DNA of 64,000 nt from Dehalococcoidia bacterium. GTDB lineage: Bacteria; Chloroflexota; Dehalococcoidia; Lucifugimonadales; UBA1123. Of the stretch, positions 53,903-60,770 are shown one piece after another (position 1 is the first letter of the stretch; every line of letters begins with the position of its first letter). A program made the position numbers and the translations under genes. The stretch lies in the NCBI GenBank assembly GCA_021295915.1, contig JAGWBK010000022.1:22740-86739 (forward strand), in the 5' to 3' direction. The notes below the pieces were generated by a model. It saw only the letters and a program-made list of their open reading frames with translations. It had not been told where the DNA came from and made no database searches.

Positions 53903-54679
53903 CTACATCATCGAGTAGCTCTGGCCGCCGTCGACGACCACGCATGAGCCGGTGATGAGGTCGGCACGGTCCGAGGCTAGGAACGCACACAGGTCGCCTA
54001 CGGGCTCGGGCCAGCCGAACCTGCCCATCGGGAGGTTATTCGCGATGAAGGTGCTCACAACCTCCTCGGACTGCTCATTCTGGAACCGCTCCCAGCCACC
54101 CTGGGGGTGGGCGATCGAGCCCGGCGCGATCGAGTTAACGGTTATTCCAGTACCGCCGAGCGACAACCCTGCGTGCTTGGTGGCTGCGATCAGCGCGGCC
54201 TTGGCGGACATGTAGCCGATGTTGCCTCCGTACTCGCGGCCCCAAATCGACGCGATGTTGATCACACGACCCCAGCCCTGCTCCCGCATGTGAGCCAGCG
54301 CGTGCTTGGTGAGCTCGTATCCGCCGAACAGGTTGAGGTCGAACACGGTGCGGAAGTTGTCCAGCGGCGTATCGACGATGTCGGTAGAGCCGACGGACCC
54401 GCCGGCGTTGTTCACGAGAATGTCGATAGGTCCCAGGCCGGCGACCGTCTCGTCGTGGAGCCTCTGCATGTCCGAGGCATCTACCACGTCCGCGACGACA
54501 CCGAATGCCTTGACTCCCATCGATTCCAGTTCCGCCACGGTGCCGTCGATCGTGCCTTGAGTTCGGCCGCATATCGCGACGTTTACGCCCTCGGCGGCCA
54601 GTGAGACGGCGCACTGGCGTCCCAGTCCACGACTGCCTCCGGTAACGAGCGCGTTCTTTCCGGTGATTCCAAGGTCCAT
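53903..54679 (-). CDS. SDR-family oxidoreductase (FabG-like)
   Basis: 258 aa with the ALVTGGSRGLG, NNAG and YMSAKAA (YxxxK) motifs. Confidence 0.9.
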   Translation of the reverse strand: MDLGITGKNALVTGGSRGLGRQCAVSLAAEGVNVAICGRTQGTIDGTVAELESMGVKAFGVVADVVDASDMQRLHDETVAGLGPIDILVNNAGGSVGSTDIVDTPLDNFRTVFDLNLFGGYELTKHALAHMREQGWGRVINIASIWGREYGGNIGYMSAKAALIAATKHAGLSLGGTGITVNSIAPGSIAHPQGGWERFQNEQSEEVVSTFIANNLPMGRFGWPEPVGDLCAFLASDRADLITGSCVVVDGGQSYSMM

Positions 54680-54828
54680 TGGGTTAGCCTCCGATGCTTT
54701 GAGTGTCGAGGTGTAGCGAAAGGCTCATGCCTGTCGTGCGACCTTTGGCCTACTTTGGACTGCGTCACAGCCGCTGTCAAATTGGTGATCCCAAACTGAG
54801 GTCCGGGAGAAGTTGTCCAATGTGAGTC

Positions 54829-54885
54829 GGCAGCTCAGGACGAACGGATGCGGGCAAGATGCCCGCGCTCCATAGAGGGTGTCTA
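54829..54885 (+). repeat. Repeat families A (3' part) and B (GCGGGCAAGATGCCCGC hairpin)
   Basis: CAGCTCAGGACGAACGGATGCGGGCAAGATGCCCGCGCTCCATAGAGGGTG aligns with 13821-13870. Confidence 0.85.
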
Positions 54886-55004
54886 CTCATATGTTACATA
54901 CTCCAGCCGGGAGTAACGCTTGACTGTGACGCGACCGCTTTCATAACATTCGTCAGGCAGCGTTTGGGGGCGCCCTCTATTCTCCCCCCGGGCAGAAGAA
55001 GCGA

Positions 55005-55649
55005 ATGTTCATAGACCTCCACACCCACTCTGTATCGTCTGACGACTCAAGAGCGACCGTCGACCAGTACGTAAAGTGGGTGGGAGTACTCCGCAGGAAG
55101 GGAAGCAGGCTGGACGGCTTCGTCCTGACCGAGCACCGCAAGTTCGACTTCGACAAGGACTACTCAGAGCTCGCCGAGGCCTACGACGTGCTCATCATGA
55201 AAGGGTCCGAGCTCGACACCAACATGGGCCACTTCCTGGTGTACGGCGTCACCGAGGCGCTGACCGACGCCATCGACTTCGGAAACGTCAGCATGGACGC
55301 TCTCGAACTGGTCAGGGCTGCAGACGAACACGGCGCCATTGCCTTGCCAGCCCATCCGGGCAGATTCGGGATCGGCCTGTGCGAGTTCACGGACAACGGG
55401 CAGGACTTCAGCTCGATACGAGCTGCGGAGGGTCTGAACGGCTCGAATCGCCCTGGAGAACAGGAGCGCGCAGAGGAGCTAATACGCCTGCTTGGCGTTC
55501 CAGCCACGGGCGGAAGCGACGCGCACCTCGTGAGCGCTATCGGGAAGTGCATGACCCAGTTCGAGAACCAGGTGCTTAACGAGACCGACCTGGTCAGAGA
55601 GCTCAAGACGGGAGCTTTCGCCCCCGTTGTGCTCTCCGACGCAGTATGA
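55005..55649 (+). CDS. PHP-domain metal-dependent phosphoesterase
   Basis: 214 aa with an MFIDLHTHSVSSDD N-terminus, TEHR, PAHPGR and GGSDAH motifs. Confidence 0.85.
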   Translation: MFIDLHTHSVSSDDSRATVDQYVKWVGVLRRKGSRLDGFVLTEHRKFDFDKDYSELAEAYDVLIMKGSELDTNMGHFLVYGVTEALTDAIDFGNVSMDALELVRAADEHGAIALPAHPGRFGIGLCEFTDNGQDFSSIRAAEGLNGSNRPGEQERAEELIRLLGVPATGGSDAHLVSAIGKCMTQFENQVLNETDLVRELKTGAFAPVVLSDAV

Positions 55650-55725
55650 ACCATCAATTGTTAAGAACCGTCATCCTCAGGGACCTGACGAAGCTATGTA
55701 TCCAGACTTTTCACCCTCACCCCAG

Positions 55726-55746
55726 CCCTCTCCCTTAGGGAGAGGG
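55726..55746. repeat. Repeat family D hairpin
   Basis: CCCTCTCCC-tta-GGGAGAGGG. Confidence 0.7.
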
Positions 55747-55802
55747 GGAACATATCTTGAGAGCGAGGGTGTGACTCATCCTTAGAGAGGACTTTTGTAT
55801 AC

Positions 55803-56273
55803 ATGACCACCGCAGACACTGACATAGTATTTGACCGCAGCCTTCTTGGCGTGGACCACGAGATCGGCTCCTTTCCGGTGACTAGAGAGATGATCGTGAA
55901 GTTCGCCCACTCGACAGGGGAGACTAACCCGGTCTACCTCGACGACGAGGTCGGCGAGGCATCTGAGCACGGCAGCATCATCGCGCCGCCCACCTTCTGC
56001 AACATGTTCGTATCCGGCGTTTCCCGGCCCGACATCAAGCTGGAGTTCGGAGACGTGAGCCTGTTCGCAGGTCAGGCGATCGAGTGCGTCGGCCCGGTCA
56101 AGCCTGGCGACACGCTGTTCGCGAAGACCAGGCTGAAGGACGTCTACGCAAAGACAGGGCGCTCGGGCAAGATGGTCTTCCAAGTCTGGGAGACGAGCTT
56201 CGCCAACCAGGACGACGAGACTGTCGCGCTTGTACAGGAGTCGTTCGTGAAACGCCAGAGGAGGCCCAGATGA
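55803..56273 (+). CDS. MaoC/FAS1-like hotdog-fold dehydratase subunit (HadA-like, non-catalytic type)
   Basis: 156 aa with FAHSTGETNPVYLDDE...GSIIAPPTF. ATGA overlap with the next hotdog gene. Confidence 0.7.
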   Translation: MTTADTDIVFDRSLLGVDHEIGSFPVTREMIVKFAHSTGETNPVYLDDEVGEASEHGSIIAPPTFCNMFVSGVSRPDIKLEFGDVSLFAGQAIECVGPVKPGDTLFAKTRLKDVYAKTGRSGKMVFQVWETSFANQDDETVALVQESFVKRQRRPR

Positions 56274-56713
56274 GCGCCGACGGAGTCTACTACGATGACG
56301 TCGACCTCGGAGACGAGGTCGGACCAGTAGAGCGAATGGTGTCCGACGACCAGGTGATCGAGTTCACACAGGTCTGGGGACGCGAGGAAGGCCCGACACG
56401 GTTCACCAGCCGTGAGAAGGCCCAGAGCGAGGGGCTGCCCGAGGCGATCGTTCCGGGAGCGATGAACATCGCGATCATGTCCCAGCTCATCACTGCGTGG
56501 TCACCGACAGTAAGGCTGGTCAAGCTGGACGTGGTGTTCCGAAGTCCGGTGCTGCACAACCGTCCGCTGACGCTGCGCGGCATGATCACCGACAAGGACA
56601 TGGTGGATGGCGAGCCTCAGATCGAGTGCGACGTCACGATGGAGAACGAAGAGGGCACTCCACACGTAATAGGCAAGGCGACGGTGTCGCTGCCAATGAG
56701 AATTGAGAATTAG
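56270..56713 (+). CDS. MaoC-family (R)-specific hydratase/dehydratase subunit (HadB-like)
   Basis: 147 aa from ATG 56270 (MSADGVYYDDVDLGDEVGP...IVPGAMNIAIMSQL). The longer ORF from 56084 is an upstream extension. Confidence 0.7.
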   Translation: MSADGVYYDDVDLGDEVGPVERMVSDDQVIEFTQVWGREEGPTRFTSREKAQSEGLPEAIVPGAMNIAIMSQLITAWSPTVRLVKLDVVFRSPVLHNRPLTLRGMITDKDMVDGEPQIECDVTMENEEGTPHVIGKATVSLPMRIEN

Positions 56714-56791
56714 GAATGTGGAATTGCGACGTGGCTTCTGTGGGGTGAGTCCTCACTAGGCCGACCGCGCCTAATTCCACATTCTAAATTC
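56707..56791. repeat. 19-bp inverted repeat (17/19) spanning the gap between convergent genes
   Basis: GAATTAGGAATGTGGAATT (56707-56725) against AATTCCACATTCTAAATTC (56773-56791). The 12-bp core GAATGTGGAATT is perfect. Confidence 0.7.
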
Positions 56792-56805
56792 CGACTTCAC
56801 AATTC

Positions 56806-57597
56806 CTAGTGCTCCATCACTGAGCCGCCGTTGATGTTGATCGACTGGCCGTGGATCCACGCGGCGGCCTCGGTGCAGAGGTAGACGCAAAACTCGCCTG
56901 TCTCGTCGTCCGTGCCGTTTCGACCGATCGGAGTCCGCTCCGCCATCTCGACCCAGCGCGTATCGCGGGGGATGTCGTCCATCCTGTGCGTATCGACGGC
57001 TCCCGGGCAGACGCAGTTTACGTTGATGCCCATGGGGCCGAACTCGTGTGCCATCGACTGGGTCATGCCCACGATTGCGAAGTTGGCGGCGTTGTATGCC
57101 AGCGTGTTCGCGCACGAGATGTTGACGATCTTTCCGCCGTGACCCTGCTCCTGGAGAGCGGCGACGAACGCCTTGGTGCACAGGTAGGTGCCGCCGATCT
57201 TGATGTCGATGACAAGCTGGAAGATTCTGTCATCGAGATCGAGCACGGGAACGCGGTCAGGGCCGCGCGCGAAGGCGGCGTTGTTGACGAGCATGTCGAC
57301 GCGTCCGAACTCCTTCACGGCCTGATCGATCATGTTCTGGACATCGTCCTTGTTGGTGACGTCTGCGACCAGCGGCAGAGCCTTTACGCCGTGCGACTCG
57401 ATCTGGTCGGCAACACTGTGAATGTCGCGCCAGTTGACGGCCTTCTCGTCGTCCGGGAACGTCGAAGGGTCCCTGCCCGTTCCGGTTACAACTACGTTCG
57501 CGCCCTGCTTCGCGAAGCCGACAGCGGCGGCTCTTCCGATGCCTCGGAGCCTGCCTGCGCCTGTGACTATCGCGACCTTTCCATCAAATTCGCCCAT
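56806..57597 (-). CDS. SDR-family oxidoreductase
   Basis: 263 aa with the AIVTGAGRLRGIGRA, NNAA and YNAANFA (YxxxN variant in place of YxxxK) motifs. Confidence 0.85.
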   Translation of the reverse strand: MGEFDGKVAIVTGAGRLRGIGRAAAVGFAKQGANVVVTGTGRDPSTFPDDEKAVNWRDIHSVADQIESHGVKALPLVADVTNKDDVQNMIDQAVKEFGRVDMLVNNAAFARGPDRVPVLDLDDRIFQLVIDIKIGGTYLCTKAFVAALQEQGHGGKIVNISCANTLAYNAANFAIVGMTQSMAHEFGPMGINVNCVCPGAVDTHRMDDIPRDTRWVEMAERTPIGRNGTDDETGEFCVYLCTEAAAWIHGQSININGGSVMEH

Positions 57598-57647
57598 GAG
57601 GAGTCCTCGCTTCTAACTGGGATTGGTTTCGTGGCGCAGAGTATATC
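57584..57647 (-). repeat. 64-nt leader/start-codon segment duplicated at 63818-63881 (60/64 identical)
   Basis: The minus strand reads GATATACTCTGCGCCACGAAACCAATCCCAGTTAGAAGCGAGGACTCCTCATGGGCGAATTTGA. It contains a TATACT -10-like box, a GAGGA SD and an ATG. Confidence 0.9.
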
Positions 57648-57739
57648 CGAGACGGCACAGAGTGGCTAGTGTGTTCGCGTATGCGTCCTCTCGGTGGTAC
57701 CCTCTACTGAACACGACCTAGCACAACGAAGGTGCATTT

Positions 57740-58609
57740 ATGCTATCGCTATTTCTCCGTCCTAAGGCCGACTTGCGGGTGGAGATGGACAAGGTGTCCG
57801 CTGCCCCCGGAGAGGAGGTGGCAGCACGCGTCACGCTCTCCTCGGACTCCGATTTTGAGATCCGCGGCGGGACCGTGGCCCTGGTCTGCGTGGAAACCTA
57901 CATTCAGAAGACTAGCAGCCAGTACGGCACTTCATATCAAAAGAAGACGAACATCCTCAGTAGTCAGGAGGAGTCTTTCTCCGACTCCGGTGCCATACGC
58001 AAAGGCACACAGTATTCGACGCAGGTAGCGTTTCAGCTGCCGCCCGATGCGCTCCCAACGCTGCACGGGACCGTCATTCAGAAAATAGAGCCGGGCATAA
58101 CGTGGCAAGTCAGTGCATCAATGGATGTAATCAAGGCGCGGGACCTGTCGGCGAGCCGCGAGATTGCAGTTCCTGCGCAGTCCCCACCTGCCACGCCTCC
58201 GAGTCCGTCTATCGCCGAGGCCCAACACAATCAGGGCGTGCTTACACTACGACTTAACTCCGCGCAGGCGGGCTCTGGCGACACGCTCGAAGGCAGATTC
58301 AGCGCCAGAATGGCCAGCGAAGTATCCGTGCAGGAGATCAGGGTCGACCTGGTCCGGGTCGAAAAGTTTGGCAACGATGAGAATGAACATCCCATAGACA
58401 GCGTTACGCTGAGCCCGGCAGCGACTCTTATGCCCGACGTCGATTCCCAGGAAGCGCTGGATTGGGACTTTCAGCTGAACGTGGGAAGTGTCGAACTGCC
58501 AAGCCTGAAGACCGAAAAGTCGACGGTGCGCTGGCTGGTGAAGGGTGTGCTATCGAGACCTCTGCGTACTGACTTGCGCGTCGAGCAGGAGCTGACTACC
58601 TACATCTAG
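57740..58609 (+). CDS. Hypothetical two-domain beta-sandwich protein, arrestin/Spo0M-like
   Basis: 289 aa. Each half starts with a 'V...APGEEV.ARVTL.S...I.GG.V.L' type pattern (DLRVEMDKVSAAPGEEVAARVTLSSDSDFEIRGGTVALV and LTLRLNSAQAGSGDTLEGRFSARMASEVSVQEIRVDLV), with a Pro-rich linker between. Confidence 0.4.
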   Translation: MLSLFLRPKADLRVEMDKVSAAPGEEVAARVTLSSDSDFEIRGGTVALVCVETYIQKTSSQYGTSYQKKTNILSSQEESFSDSGAIRKGTQYSTQVAFQLPPDALPTLHGTVIQKIEPGITWQVSASMDVIKARDLSASREIAVPAQSPPATPPSPSIAEAQHNQGVLTLRLNSAQAGSGDTLEGRFSARMASEVSVQEIRVDLVRVEKFGNDENEHPIDSVTLSPAATLMPDVDSQEALDWDFQLNVGSVELPSLKTEKSTVRWLVKGVLSRPLRTDLRVEQELTTYI

Positions 58610-58700
58610 CCGCTTGGAGGGCCCAGCTTGGCCCGCAGCCAGTCTCGGAGCATGGGTCTGAGTTCGTCTTTGCACTCCAGGAGGCCGTGTTCGGCGCTAT
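58606..58700 (-). pseudogene. Relic 3' fragment of an alpha/beta-hydrolase paralogue
   Basis: The minus strand encodes ..SAEHGLLECKDELRPMLRDWLRAKLGPPSG*, matching the C-terminus of the hydrolase at 63228 (GAEHGLVECKDELRTMLRDWLRGNLGL*). About 80% nucleotide identity over 67 nt. The fragment begins right at the permease stop. Confidence 0.75.
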
Positions 58701-58704
58701 GAAT

Positions 58705-59604
58705 TTAGCGGCTGCCCCTGAGACGAGGATCGAGCAGGTCACGCATGGCGTCGCCGAACATGTTTATGCCGTAGACGACCGCAGTGATGGCGAGTCCGGG
58801 CCACAGGGCCAAGGCTGGTTTCATCTCCATGTAAGTGCGGCCTTCGGTGCTGAGCATTCCACCCCAACTTGCGGCCTCGGGGGGAAGACCGAATCCCAAG
58901 AAGCTAAGGGATGCCTCCCATAGGATCATGGCGCCTATCGAGGTAGTGAAAACGATGATTGTGGGAGCCATGACATTCGGCATGATGTACAGCATCAGTG
59001 TTCTAAGCGTAGTGTTTCCAACGGCCTCGGATGCGGTAAAGTAGTCATTCTCCTTAATTCCGATAACCGCGCCCCTTATCACGCGGGACGTACCTATTCC
59101 GTGCACCACACCAAGAACCAGGATAATCTGCGGCAGCCCCCGCCCAACAATCGACATCACCGTTAACAGCACGATGAGGGATGGAAAGGACATGAATCCG
59201 TCGACCAACCTCTGAAGAACGATGTCATACTTTCCGCTGAAGTATCCTGAAGGGACCGCAATGATCACAGCGACAGCGACCGCAAGAGTAGAGGCTGCCA
59301 TGCCAACGGTCATCGAGACCCGGGCTCCGTAGATCATGCGGCTTAGTATGTCTCTCCCCAAATGGTCCGTCCCTAGGGGATAGTTGATCGTCGTTCCAAC
59401 TAATCTATCTATGAGGTTGATCTCGTCCATCTCGTGTTGAGCCAAGAACTCCGCGAAGATACCGCTGAGCAGCATCAGCAGGACGATCAGCCCTCCCAAA
59501 AGCCCCAAGGGCTTCTCTTTTGCGAGTCTGGTGAAGAAACTTACTATGGGCCGATGCCTGATTGGCCTATCATCCTGAACAGTCCTGCGGTCGAGTGGTC
59601 TCAT
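58705..59604 (-). CDS. ABC transporter permease (DppC/OppC type)
   Basis: 299 aa with 6 TM segments and an EAA-type loop (TASEAVGNTTLRTLMLYIMPN). Confidence 0.9.
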   Translation of the reverse strand: MRPLDRRTVQDDRPIRHRPIVSFFTRLAKEKPLGLLGGLIVLLMLLSGIFAEFLAQHEMDEINLIDRLVGTTINYPLGTDHLGRDILSRMIYGARVSMTVGMAASTLAVAVAVIIAVPSGYFSGKYDIVLQRLVDGFMSFPSLIVLLTVMSIVGRGLPQIILVLGVVHGIGTSRVIRGAVIGIKENDYFTASEAVGNTTLRTLMLYIMPNVMAPTIIVFTTSIGAMILWEASLSFLGFGLPPEAASWGGMLSTEGRTYMEMKPALALWPGLAITAVVYGINMFGDAMRDLLDPRLRGSR

Positions 59605-59618
59605 GCTTCATGCCTCGA

Positions 59619-60578
59619 CTAGCTGTACCGGACTCTTGGGTCCAGATAGGCGTATGAGAGATCCACCAGTAGGTTCGACATCACTATCGCGGTCGCGATG
59701 ATCAGGTTAACCCCGGATATCACTGTGTAGTCTTTTCCGTGCAGTGCCTCCAGCAGCAGGCGCCCCATGCCGGGCAGGGCGAATATCTGCTCAGCAATGA
59801 TCGCGCCAGCTACCAGCATCGGAAGCTCCAAGCCTATGATGCTGATTACCGGAATCAATGCGTTCTTGAGGGCATGCCTTGTGACAACGACTCCCTCACC
59901 TAGGCCCTTTGCCCAGGCGGTCCTGATGTGGTCCTTGCGCATCTCTTCCAACATCATGGTGCGGGTCATTCTCATTCCGACCCCCGACATCCACATGCCC
60001 GTGACGAAAGAAGGAATTATGAACTGACCCAAGTTGCCCAAGGGATCCTCGGAGAATGGAATTAACTCCATTGGGGGTGACCATCCCCACCAGATGGAGG
60101 GGTAGAGTACTACTAGGGTCGCGGCCCAGAAGCTAGGTATGGCTATGAGGGTTATGGACACGCTGCGGCCCAGATAGTCACCGATCGTATCAGGGCGGAT
60201 TGCCGAATATATGCCAATTGGCAGCCCTATTAGCAATGCCATCACTATGGAGATGAGCCCGAGCTCAAAAGTAACCGCCAACCTACTGCCGATCTTCGCA
60301 GCCACCGGTTCACCGGAGCGCAGGGAGTCGCCCAGATCACCGTGCAGAACGATGTCGCCAAGCCAGCGAGCATACTGAACGTAGATCGGGACATCCAGAC
60401 CAAGGACGCGTTCGATTGCTTCGCGGTCTACGGGTCCCCCACCGGCCAATACCGCACTCTTGGCGATGCTGTCTACTATATCTCCCGGCAAGAGGCGCAC
60501 GGTCAGGAAGACTATCATCGAGACGATAAGCAGTGTGGGTATGATCAGCAGCAGGCGTCTTGTGGTATAGACGAGCAC
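59619..60578 (-). CDS. ABC transporter permease (DppB/OppB type)
   Basis: 319 aa with an MLVYTTRRLLLIIPTLLIVSMIVF N-terminus and TAWAKGLGEGVVVTRHALKNALIPV. Confidence 0.9.
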   Translation of the reverse strand: MLVYTTRRLLLIIPTLLIVSMIVFLTVRLLPGDIVDSIAKSAVLAGGGPVDREAIERVLGLDVPIYVQYARWLGDIVLHGDLGDSLRSGEPVAAKIGSRLAVTFELGLISIVMALLIGLPIGIYSAIRPDTIGDYLGRSVSITLIAIPSFWAATLVVLYPSIWWGWSPPMELIPFSEDPLGNLGQFIIPSFVTGMWMSGVGMRMTRTMMLEEMRKDHIRTAWAKGLGEGVVVTRHALKNALIPVISIIGLELPMLVAGAIIAEQIFALPGMGRLLLEALHGKDYTVISGVNLIIATAIVMSNLLVDLSYAYLDPRVRYS

Positions 60579-60712
60579 ACCAGACCTCGTTCGGCGTGAG
60601 GGCGCAAGTTTAGACCTAATCCCAAGTCTCGCCCATCAATGGACGGGGGAAGAAACAGTTAAGCGCGTGTGTCAGACCTTGATGGGACATGGGGACATGG
60701 GAGTCTCCGAGG

Positions 60713-60739
60713 TGGTTGGTGGGCGATGCCCACCAACCA
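60713..60739 (-). other. Strong intercistronic hairpin between the SBP and permease genes
   Basis: GGTTGGTGGGC-gat-GCCCACCAACC, a perfect 11-bp stem with no U-tract. Confidence 0.6.
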
Positions 60740-60770
60740 ATTCACGTTCCATAAATTGGAAAGGTGTATG

